From the NCBI GenBank assembly GCA_002350805.1, contig DEFO01000012.1, forward strand, positions 14,455-78,454: a stretch of DNA of 64,000 nucleotides, read 5' to 3'. Shown here piece after piece: positions 29,278 to 37,971 of this stretch; positions within the stretch are counted from its first letter, which is position 1, and each line of letters starts with the position of its first letter. This DNA comes from Prevotella sp. UBA2850. GTDB lineage: Bacteria > Bacteroidota > Bacteroidia > Bacteroidales > Bacteroidaceae. The notes beneath the pieces were generated by a model that was not told the origin of the DNA, did no database searches, and saw nothing but the letters and a program-made list of their open reading frames with translations. Made by a program: the position numbers and the translations under genes.

Positions 29278-30273
29278 TTAGCGCCAGTCGTCGAGGCTGG
29301 CCTGTTTTTCCACACGGTTCTCCAGCTCGTCGGGCAGCTGGGGGAAGAAGTCGATGCCGGTGATGCGCTCCACCTGTCTGACGGTGTTGATATAGTCGCC
29401 CATGGGGCGGTTGCCGTCTTCGTTCTTATAGATGAAGCCGATGGCGGCGGGCTGGGGCGAGAGTCGGAGCACGACCTTATAGAAGGCCTCGGGGACGACG
29501 ATGCGCGAGCGGCCGATGGTCTTGTGCTTCTGGCGGTAGAGGATGGGGCCGCAGACGATGTAGATGTCGCCGTAGTGCTCGGCCCACTTGCGGCATTTCA
29601 TCTCGAGCTCGTTCCAGTCGCCGCCGTTGAGGTTGTGGTTCTGCGGGCACATATTGGTGAGCAGGAAGCAGTCTTGCTGTGCCTGTGCATCCCATTTGTT
29701 GTCGCCGGAGGGGCACATGTGGCCTCGGTCGTAGCCCGACTGCTGGTAGTCGAAGGTGGTGGCTCGCGGCAGGGGCACTTCCTCGTCCTCGCGATAGCTG
29801 ATGCCCTTGCGCTTGTAGGGGCCTGTGACGTGGCTGCCGAGCAGATGCCAGGCGGTCCAGTTGGGGATGCGGTGGTCGGCATTGTAGGAGGTGGTATATC
29901 CCTTGCGATGGAGAATCTGCTCGCTCAGGTTGATTTTCAGTACGGGAATCTCCAGCCGGGCGTCGCGGTCGGCCGCCGGAAGGGAGGTTGCTGGGGAGGT
30001 CTCGGGGTCGGCCTCGTCGTCGTAGGCGGACAGCGGCTCGTCGGCAGATGGCGACGGGTCGGCCGACGGCGGGAGGTCATCGTCATCGTAACAGTTTCGC
30101 GTGAACGATGGGTCGTCGGCAGGCTGTGCCGAGGGACGGTCGTCGGCGTGGAGTGGAGCCTCCTTATACTCCCTGATGCCGCCGATGAGCGGTTTGTGGG
30201 TGCCGCGATAGAAACAGGAGCTGAGCGTGGTGACGGTCAGCAGAAGCAGGAGCAGATGGATGGTTTTCCTCAT
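29278..30273 (-). CDS. Second lipoprotein non-specific endonuclease with acidic Pro-rich linker
   Basis: Lipobox LSSC; DRGHM, TNMCPQ, LNGGDWNELE. Confidence 0.92.
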   Translation of the reverse strand: MRKTIHLLLLLLTVTTLSSCFYRGTHKPLIGGIREYKEAPLHADDRPSAQPADDPSFTRNCYDDDDLPPSADPSPSADEPLSAYDDEADPETSPATSLPAADRDARLEIPVLKINLSEQILHRKGYTTSYNADHRIPNWTAWHLLGSHVTGPYKRKGISYREDEEVPLPRATTFDYQQSGYDRGHMCPSGDNKWDAQAQQDCFLLTNMCPQNHNLNGGDWNELEMKCRKWAEHYGDIYIVCGPILYRQKHKTIGRSRIVVPEAFYKVVLRLSPQPAAIGFIYKNEDGNRPMGDYINTVRQVERITGIDFFPQLPDELENRVEKQASLDDWR

Positions 30274-31028
30274 TTCTGTGATGGCTTAGATGATGACAGC
30301 AGGCGGTCGCTGACCCACAGGCTGACCACGATGGCGAGCACCGAGGCGGCGAGACTGCCCACCAGGAGACTGACGGTCCATGCCAGGGCCTGCAGGGGGG
30401 CGATGCCTGCCAGCAGCAGGGCACAGAAGAGCAACGGCAAGGCAAACAGGCCGACGCCTCTGGCATTGCCCAGCGTGGGCGCCAGTCCCTGCTGCAGGGC
30501 GCTGCGGATGGCGGGTGCCAGGGCCTTGAGGTGGGAGGCGCCGTTGCCACGCCGGAACTCATACTGCTCGCGATAGTCGTTGCGGGCCTGCAGCCATGCG
30601 CTCATGCCACTGGCCTCGACGGCGGCGGCATGACCGATGAGGAGTGCCATGACGGGCACCAGCAGGGTGGCCTGCAAGGGGTTGTGCACGCGGGCCACCG
30701 CCATGAGCAGATAGAAGCCCACGGCCAGGGCTGCCAGCAGCAGTCCGAGCAGTACGGGCACATAGTGGATGGCGGGCAGACGGCCACGGCGAACGGCTCC
30801 GAAGGCTGCCCATGCTGCCAGCAGGAGCACCCACAGGAGGCTGATGCGATAGTCGTCGCGGACGATGACGAAATAGGTGATGAGTCCGCCCACCGCCACC
30901 TGGGCCAGCATGCGGACCACGGCCACGGTGCCCCGGGCGAGCAGCTGCTCGTCGTAGACAAACAACAGGCAGGCCGGAATGGCCAGCAACAAGAGGCATA
31001 GCACTATGCCGAGATATGTCAGTTCCAT
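30270..31028 (-). CDS. FetB/STAR2 (UPF0014)-like ABC permease
   Basis: Multi-TM; VVRMLAQ, GAS...IRSAL...PTL..ARGVGLFALP. Confidence 0.75.
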   Translation of the reverse strand: MELTYLGIVLCLLLLAIPACLLFVYDEQLLARGTVAVVRMLAQVAVGGLITYFVIVRDDYRISLLWVLLLAAWAAFGAVRRGRLPAIHYVPVLLGLLLAALAVGFYLLMAVARVHNPLQATLLVPVMALLIGHAAAVEASGMSAWLQARNDYREQYEFRRGNGASHLKALAPAIRSALQQGLAPTLGNARGVGLFALPLLFCALLLAGIAPLQALAWTVSLLVGSLAASVLAIVVSLWVSDRLLSSSKPSQK

Positions 31029-31045
31029 AGATATGTTTGCGCGTT

Positions 31046-31651
31046 TTAAGATGGATTCAAATAGATGCGTCGGTCGGCCAGCGACACCACCCTGCTGTCG
31101 TTGCTCACCACGAGCACGGGCTTGCCGGCGGCGGTCTGCTGGCGCAGAAGAGAGAGGATGCGGTCGGTATGCTGGTCGGAGAGGCCCTCGGTGGGCTCGT
31201 CGGCAATGACGAACTGCCTGGCGGCGCCGGCAGAGAGCGTCTGACAGATGAGGTCGGCGGTCTCGTCGGCCGTCAGCGAGGGGACGGGCGGCAGCCCTTT
31301 CTGACTGACCACCGGCAGCCGGGGAGAGAACAGCGGCTCGTCGGCAGGCTCAGGCAGCAGGCACTCAGCGGGATGGGCCAGGCCGCCCAACCGGCTGAAA
31401 TGCTGGGGCACATAGACGGCCATGCGGCGGAAGGTGGGCGCCGACGAGGGGGTGACCAGGGTGCCGTCGATGCTCACATAACCGGCATCGAGCCACCGCA
31501 GGCCCAGCAGCGACTTGGCCACCGTGCTCTTGCCACTGCCTGCCGGACCACTCAGACAGACCAGCTGGCCGCCTCTCACCGTGAAGTTCAGGTCGGCGAA
31601 AAGCAATGCGTCGTTGACGGCCAGACGGCCATTTTTGATTTCCAACACCAT
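31046..31651 (-). CDS. Degenerate ABC ATP-binding protein (FetA-like)
   Basis: Walker A GPAGSGKS, YVPQ, Walker B VIADEPT; no LSGGQ. Confidence 0.75.
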   Translation of the reverse strand: MVLEIKNGRLAVNDALLFADLNFTVRGGQLVCLSGPAGSGKSTVAKSLLGLRWLDAGYVSIDGTLVTPSSAPTFRRMAVYVPQHFSRLGGLAHPAECLLPEPADEPLFSPRLPVVSQKGLPPVPSLTADETADLICQTLSAGAARQFVIADEPTEGLSDQHTDRILSLLRQQTAAGKPVLVVSNDSRVVSLADRRIYLNPS

Positions 31652-31726
31652 GATGCTCACTTTTTGATTGCAAAAGTACATAATTTTATGAATTATTTTG
31701 TAACTTTGTCCCATTAATTATTATTA

Positions 31727-32785
31727 ATGAAGAGCAAGAAATTCATATTACCCGCAGAATGGGAGCCGCAAAGCGCCATCCAGCTGACCTGGCCCCACGC
31801 CCAGACGGACTGGAACTACATGCTGGGCGACATCACGGCGACCTATGTGGAGATGGCCCGCGAGATAGCCGACCATGAGCGGCTGCTGATTGTGGCGCCC
31901 CGCACCGACGAGGTGAAGGGGCTGCTGGACAGTGCCCTGCCGGCATCGTCGGCCGCCAACATCGTCTATCACGAGTGTCCCACCAACGACACATGGGCGC
32001 GCGACCATGGGTTCATCACGCTGAAAAACCTCGACGGCGAGGGCGACGAGCGCCTGCTGCTCGACTTCTGCTTCAACGGATGGGGCAGGAAGTTTGAGTC
32101 GGACAAGGACAATGCCATCAACCGCAGCCTCTACGACAGCGGAACGGTAAGAGGCACCTACCGGAGCGAGCTGGACTTCGTGCTCGAGGGCGGCTCTATC
32201 GAGAGCGACGGACGCGGAACGGTGTTCACCACCAGCCAATGCCTGCTGGCGCCCCACCGCAACCAGCCGCTCACGCAGCAGCAGATAGAACAGCGGCTGA
32301 AGGACGCGCTCTGTGCCAGCCGCATCGTGTGGCTCGACCACGGCAACCTCATCGGCGACGATACCGACGGGCACATCGACACCATTGTGCGCCTGGCTCC
32401 CGACGACACCTTATTATATATAGGGAATGTCAGTCCTGACGACGAGCAATACGACGACTTTTGTGCCCTCGAGCAACAGTTGCGCAGCCTGCTTACAGAC
32501 AGCGGAAAGCCCTACCGGCTGCTCTCCCTGCCCATGCCCGACGCCATTTTCGACAACGATGGCAGCCGTCTGCCAGCCACCTATGCCAACTTCCTTGTCA
32601 CCAACGAGAAAGTGCTGGTACCTGTTTACGGACAGAAAGCCAACGACGAGGCGGCCATCAGCACCATTGCCAGCGCCTTTCCAGGCCGCAAAATGGTAGC
32701 CATCGACAGCCGCCCCATCATCCGCCAGCATGGCAGCATCCACTGTTGCACCATGCAATTGCCTCTAGGTGTAGTCAAAGATTGA
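31727..32785 (+). CDS. aguA: Agmatine deiminase family protein
   Basis: LPAEW, WARD, EGGSIE, DTDGHID, GSIHCCT. Confidence 0.93.
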   Translation: MKSKKFILPAEWEPQSAIQLTWPHAQTDWNYMLGDITATYVEMAREIADHERLLIVAPRTDEVKGLLDSALPASSAANIVYHECPTNDTWARDHGFITLKNLDGEGDERLLLDFCFNGWGRKFESDKDNAINRSLYDSGTVRGTYRSELDFVLEGGSIESDGRGTVFTTSQCLLAPHRNQPLTQQQIEQRLKDALCASRIVWLDHGNLIGDDTDGHIDTIVRLAPDDTLLYIGNVSPDDEQYDDFCALEQQLRSLLTDSGKPYRLLSLPMPDAIFDNDGSRLPATYANFLVTNEKVLVPVYGQKANDEAAISTIASAFPGRKMVAIDSRPIIRQHGSIHCCTMQLPLGVVKD

Positions 32786-35114
32786 ATGCCACACGCACCA
32801 TCAGCTCGCGCGGACGCAGACGACTGACGCTATATGTTTGCATATTACCCAGCAGCGTGTAGCTTTCATATTTGTCATATCCCAGCAGGTTGCACACATC
32901 GACTGTCACCTCCAGCAGTTTGGTGCGGTAACCCATCTGCATGTCTGCATACCAGCGCATGTCCACATTATTCTCCGATGAATACTGCCACTCATTTTTC
33001 AGTGAGCCATACCATTGCCCAACGCTCACTTTCAACTCAAGTTTACCGTTCAGCCACGACGTAATCCTCTCATTACCCGATAGCGGACTGTCCTGCACAG
33101 AACGGTTATAGTTGCAGTTCCCGCTAAGTGAAAGCAACGACAAGGGACTTAAAGAACAACTCACCCCCAGATTGCAATTTTTCAGTCCATATGGTTTTTT
33201 CGCTTTCTCAACCAACAGTTCGCTATTCATCCACGAATAGCTTGCATTCATCCCTATCGAAAGCTTTTGCCAGTTAAAACGTTTCTGCATGCTACCACTC
33301 AACTGATAAGTCCACCGATGCGTTTTCTCCGGTGCCTGTATAAGGCCATAGACACCCTCTTCCATTGTACTTCCCATCAGCAGCACCTCCTGTCCCATAG
33401 CAGAAAAGCCTCCAGAGCCATATAACATCTGCAGTGGTAGTGAACAGCTGAATTCTGAACGGATGATATCTGAGCAGAACTTATCCATCTTTCCTGAGTT
33501 CTTTGTCTTAGTAGCGTTGTTGGCGTAAATGGAAAGTGTAGTCAGCCCATGAATACTCTGCGCTAGTGATGTACTACGGCTCCACGAGTTAACCCAGTTC
33601 AGCCATTTGAATGGTTTCAGCTCTATCTTCAAACTAGGTGACGCCGTAAAGAAATGCTCGCTCAATTGTTCAAGTCGCTGATACTGATGATACAAATCGA
33701 CACCCACATTCGTACTAAAGATTCCTTTCTCGTAACCCACTGACGGTCTGACATACAATTGGCACTCCCTATAGTGCTCGGTACCTGTGGTATCGGTATT
33801 GGCAACCATTAGTTCCTGATGAATCAACCTCGTGCCCATATCCACCATCAGAGAGAAAGGCCCCAAAGTACGTAGTCCGCCAACTCTCGTCTGCCAGCGG
33901 AGCGAGTTCATATCAACACTTTGTTCTGTGCCGTTGGCCAGCAACGACCGAGCTGGTATCACCACATAGTAGAAGTCAGAAGCCCCGCTCACCATCATAC
34001 CCCTACCCATTTTATCTATCGACAGATGATGGTGCACCCCTCTTCGGTGGGGACGGTAGTGCAGGCGGCTTTCTTTTCCATTCAGTACAAATTCACCCTC
34101 ACTATGGTTAAAGTTCGCGTATCCAGAGAAAGCGTTGCTGACATGGAAGCCTTTTATTCTGGTTGAAAACGACAACTCCCCTTTTACCTCACTTCTGTAG
34201 CCCGTAAGCAGCGATGTCTGCACTTGTTTCAGACTGTCACCCAAATCGGTATAGACCGTCTCTGACGAGCTTTCACTCAACGATCGGTCAAAAAGATACG
34301 ACAGCTGTAGCCGCAATGTGTTGTTCTTCTTCGAATCCAACAGCCAATTGGAAGCAACTATATGTGTGTTATTAAACTGGTTACGACCTCCAAACAACAG
34401 GCTGCCCGGCTCGGGAGCTAACAACAGGCTGCGCTCTTCGTTCATGACATCCAACGGCACCAGATTGCTCATCTCGCCTTGTACATTTTGTCCAGAATTA
34501 TCGTGCTTGTATATGGAGATGGATTGTTTCTTTCGCCCGAAAAACATTTCTACCGCTTTCACCGATCGCAACAAGCCATCATTGCGTTGCAGGGAAGTTC
34601 CAAGACCGCCCTCAAAAGCACCTGTCCACCTGTTGCGGGCTTCGTCTTTCAGGACGAGATTGAGACTCACCTCTTCGTCAAAATTCACTTTACGCAGCGA
34701 CTGCAACCTTATTTTCTGTTTCCAAGCCTTCACGATTCTTACTTTACTCGCGGCAAGGTTTTTCGTCACCATCGCATAACCTCCGCCCATCAAGTCCTTA
34801 CCGTCAACATACAAATGGCTGATGGGGATGCCATTATAGTAGATGCGGCCTTCCTCACTTACCTTCACACCCGGTAGGTTTTTAATCACATCCTCTATCG
34901 TGCGGTCGTGAGCCTCACGAAATCCTTCCACAGAATAAATAAGTGTGTCGCCCCGCTGCACAATTTTGTCGGGGCTGACAACCACCTCTGGAAGTTGCTT
35001 TCCTTCTATTGTTTTTCCTGTTTTATTTTTGGTTTGGGCTGCAAGATATCCACACTGCAGGTGGAAAAGCAGTATCATAACGAGAACCTTATAAAATACG
35101 GTATTCCTTTTCAT
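32775..35114 (-). CDS. Outer-membrane beta-barrel protein with TonB-receptor-like plug
   Basis: Signal peptide, LPEVVV, RGDTLIY, EDVIKNLPGV, VDGKD; C-terminal LRPRELMVRVAFNL. Confidence 0.8.
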   Translation of the reverse strand: MKRNTVFYKVLVMILLFHLQCGYLAAQTKNKTGKTIEGKQLPEVVVSPDKIVQRGDTLIYSVEGFREAHDRTIEDVIKNLPGVKVSEEGRIYYNGIPISHLYVDGKDLMGGGYAMVTKNLAASKVRIVKAWKQKIRLQSLRKVNFDEEVSLNLVLKDEARNRWTGAFEGGLGTSLQRNDGLLRSVKAVEMFFGRKKQSISIYKHDNSGQNVQGEMSNLVPLDVMNEERSLLLAPEPGSLLFGGRNQFNNTHIVASNWLLDSKKNNTLRLQLSYLFDRSLSESSSETVYTDLGDSLKQVQTSLLTGYRSEVKGELSFSTRIKGFHVSNAFSGYANFNHSEGEFVLNGKESRLHYRPHRRGVHHHLSIDKMGRGMMVSGASDFYYVVIPARSLLANGTEQSVDMNSLRWQTRVGGLRTLGPFSLMVDMGTRLIHQELMVANTDTTGTEHYRECQLYVRPSVGYEKGIFSTNVGVDLYHQYQRLEQLSEHFFTASPSLKIELKPFKWLNWVNSWSRSTSLAQSIHGLTTLSIYANNATKTKNSGKMDKFCSDIIRSEFSCSLPLQMLYGSGGFSAMGQEVLLMGSTMEEGVYGLIQAPEKTHRWTYQLSGSMQKRFNWQKLSIGMNASYSWMNSELLVEKAKKPYGLKNCNLGVSCSLSPLSLLSLSGNCNYNRSVQDSPLSGNERITSWLNGKLELKVSVGQWYGSLKNEWQYSSENNVDMRWYADMQMGYRTKLLEVTVDVCNLLGYDKYESYTLLGNMQTYSVSRLRPRELMVRVAFNL

Positions 35115-35209
35115 CAGTATCATTCTTATAACGTTAAAGGAACAAGAGACTCCATTCTGAAAATTGGTAAATAACAACAAAGCACCCAAGTTCAAGTTTA
35201 ATCAACAAA

Positions 35210-35678
35210 TTAGTCTTTCGACTCTGGTAATGCCATATTGTTATGAGTTTTCCATTTCACTCTTTGCATAGCATCATAGAACTTATTCCTTTCTTGGAAA
35301 CCAGCCCAATCTAGATATTTTACAATAATTCTTTTTCCTGGTACCTGTTGTTGCATTAAATGAATAATAAATGCTTTCAAATTTGTTTCAAAAACATCTA
35401 TATTAGGGGATCCTTGACTACTTACAGATCCCTGAATATTAACTTTGATTGTTGGTGAGCCTGAACTTCCAAAACCAAGATATACGTCATCAAAATACCC
35501 TTTGGAATCTGCTTTTACATACACTTTAAAACAATTTCCTAAAATATTATAACCATTTGCATCTGCAACAACTACGTTCATTATGCCAGCATCATAGAAT
35601 GTATCAGACGAGCTAGCAGAAACTTTCATTACACAAAAGGCCATCATTAAGGCTATCATTAAAATGATTTTTTTTCAT
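35210..35678 (-). CDS. Small exported low-GC protein; ATG 35678 is out of frame by one base in an A8 run (in-frame ATG 35659)
   Basis: A7 would give MKKIILMIALMMAFCVMKVSAS. Confidence 0.6.
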
Positions 35679-35839
35679 TCTTTCAGTTTAAATAATTAAT
35701 TATGTAAGTATAGGTTTACCCAAACTTGGGTGCTTCTATCTTTATGAACGCAACTGAAAGGAAAAAGGACAACGAAAAAGAGTTTTTTTTTAGAAAAACG
35801 TTGTATCTTACAAGTTTTTTGTATATTTGTAGGCAAATT

Positions 35840-36718
35840 ATGAAAATAGGACTATTACAACAGCACAACACCGCCGACAAGAAGGACAATCTACGTCGAC
35901 TGGCAGAGGGTATCAGCGACTTAGCCAAGCGCGGAGCCGAGCTGATTGTGTTGCAGGAACTGCACAACTCGCTCTACTTCTGTCAGGTAGAGGATGTGAA
36001 CAACTTCGATTTGGCGGAACCTATTCCTGGTCCGTCAACAGCGTTCTACGGCGAATTGGCACGCCAGCTGAACGTGGTCATCGTCACCTCGCTGTTCGAG
36101 CGGCGCGCACCAGGCCTCTATCACAACACCGCCGTGGTGATAGAGCGCGACGGAAACATTGCCGGAAAATACCGCAAGATGCACATCCCCGACGATCCTG
36201 CCTACTACGAGAAGTTCTATTTCACACCCGGCGACTTGGGTTTCCACCCCATCGATACCTCAGTGGGGCGGCTGGGCGTGCTCGTCTGCTGGGATCAGTG
36301 GTATCCCGAGGCTGCCCGGCTGATGGCCCTTCAAGGTGCCGAGTTGCTCATTTATCCCACTGCCATCGGCTATGAGAGCAGCGACACACCTGAGGAACAA
36401 CAGCGACAGCGTGAGGCATGGACCACCGTGCAGCGCGGTCATGCCGTGGCCAACGGCCTTCCGCTGATTGCCGTCAACCGTGTGGGCCATGAGCCCGACC
36501 CCAGCGGGCAGACAGGCGGCATACAGTTCTGGGGCAGCTCGTTTGTTGCCGGCCCACAGGGCGAGCTCATCTACCGTGCCTCCGACACCGAGGAAGAGAG
36601 CCTGGTGGTGGAAATCGACCTCAAGCACAGCGAACAAGTGCGCCGCTGGTGGCCTTTCTTGCGCGACCGCCGCATCGACCAGTATGGCGACATCACCCGC
36701 AGATTTATCGACGAATGA
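35840..36718 (+). CDS. aguB: N-carbamoylputrescine amidase (nitrilase family)
   Basis: LQEL, YRKMHIP, YYEKFYF, VCWDQWYPE; start ATG 35840. Confidence 0.9.
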   Translation: MKIGLLQQHNTADKKDNLRRLAEGISDLAKRGAELIVLQELHNSLYFCQVEDVNNFDLAEPIPGPSTAFYGELARQLNVVIVTSLFERRAPGLYHNTAVVIERDGNIAGKYRKMHIPDDPAYYEKFYFTPGDLGFHPIDTSVGRLGVLVCWDQWYPEAARLMALQGAELLIYPTAIGYESSDTPEEQQRQREAWTTVQRGHAVANGLPLIAVNRVGHEPDPSGQTGGIQFWGSSFVAGPQGELIYRASDTEEESLVVEIDLKHSEQVRRWWPFLRDRRIDQYGDITRRFIDE

Positions 36719-36791
36719 AGCCTGCGCAGACCCGTTGATGACGGAAACTATCACTAGCAAACAATCAATATTTAATAAAAACTGAACAACT

Positions 36792-37667
36792 ATGAGATTA
36801 GACGGTAGACGCGAAAGCAACAATGTAGAAGACCGCCGTGGCATGAGCACCGGCGCGAAAGCCGGTATTGGCGGCATTGGCGGCATCATTATGATTGCCC
36901 TGTTCACACTTCTCTCGGGCGGCAACCTGGGCGATGTCATTGGTAATGTAGTACAGCAAGGCGCACTGGGCAGCGTGCAGGAAGAGCAAGTGGAAGGCCA
37001 GCGCCAGTTTACGGCAGAAGAGGAAGAGCTGGCTAAGTTCTCCCGCCAGATTCTGGCCGGTACGGAGGATGTATGGACTGAGGTGTTCCGTAAGATGGGA
37101 CGCACCTATACCCCACCCACGCTGGTGCTCTTCACCAGTCAGGTGAACAGTGCCTGTGGTACTGCCTCGGCAGCAGTAGGCCCGTTCTATTGCTCTGGCG
37201 ACCAGAAGCTGTACATCGACCTGAGCTTCTTCACCACCATGCGTCAGCAGCTGGGTGCCGGCGGCGACTTCTCCTATGCTTATGTGATTGCCCATGAGGT
37301 GGGTCACCATGTGGAGAACCTGCTGGGCATTCTGGGCAAGGCTCACCAGCAGATGAACCAAAGCAACAAGGTGAATGCCAACAAGATCAGCGTGCGGCTG
37401 GAGCTGCTGGCGGACTACTATGCCGGTGTGTGGGCCCACTACGACGACCAAAAGTACAACTCGCTGGAGGACGGCGACGTGGAAGAAGCTGTTGACTGTG
37501 CCCAGAAGATTGGCGACAACTATCTGCAGAAGAAGTCGCAAGGTTACGTGCAGCCCGAGTCGTTCACCCACGGCACCAGTGCCCAGCGCATGCGCTGGCT
37601 CAGCCTTGGCATTGAGAAAGGCGATATGAGCATCACCACATTCAATGTCAGCGAGGCAAACCTCTAA
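36792..37667 (+). CDS. Neutral zinc metallopeptidase (YpfJ-like)
   Basis: SNNVEDRR, GPFYC, AHEVGHH, ELLAD, FTHG. Confidence 0.9.
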   Translation: MRLDGRRESNNVEDRRGMSTGAKAGIGGIGGIIMIALFTLLSGGNLGDVIGNVVQQGALGSVQEEQVEGQRQFTAEEEELAKFSRQILAGTEDVWTEVFRKMGRTYTPPTLVLFTSQVNSACGTASAAVGPFYCSGDQKLYIDLSFFTTMRQQLGAGGDFSYAYVIAHEVGHHVENLLGILGKAHQQMNQSNKVNANKISVRLELLADYYAGVWAHYDDQKYNSLEDGDVEEAVDCAQKIGDNYLQKKSQGYVQPESFTHGTSAQRMRWLSLGIEKGDMSITTFNVSEANL

Positions 37668-37669
37668 GC

Positions 37670-37971
37670 AAGTGACAAGTGAGAAGTGAAAAGTGACAAG
37701 TGAATAGTTTTAGGAGGGAAGGAGCTAGTCCAAGTGATAAGTGAAAAGTGACAAGTTACAAGTGTGATTACCACTCCAGCCTGTTCTCCATCTTCAGAGG
37801 TAACCGGTTCCTCCCCTATAGGGGAGGTTAGGAGGGGTCTTGAACCTTGATCCTTGAACCGGCGTCAGCCACCCCTCCCCTTGGCTGAGTAAAAAAGTGA
37901 CAAGTGTGATATTCTTTCTCAATTACGAAAGGTAATCACACTTGTCACTTTTCACTTGTCACTTATCACTT
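37670..37971. repeat. Heptamer arrays plus 120-bp dispersed element copy 2 (37721-37840)
   Basis: (AAGTGAH)n; GTGTGATTACC at 37762; inverted GGTAATCACAC at 37931 with (TCACTT) array. Confidence 0.92.

Noticed and set aside
27246-30273. DGR-like template/variable repeat between the two nuclease genes
   Set aside because: Similarity spans the whole domain as in ordinary paralogues, differences are not adenine-specific, and no reverse transcriptase is present.
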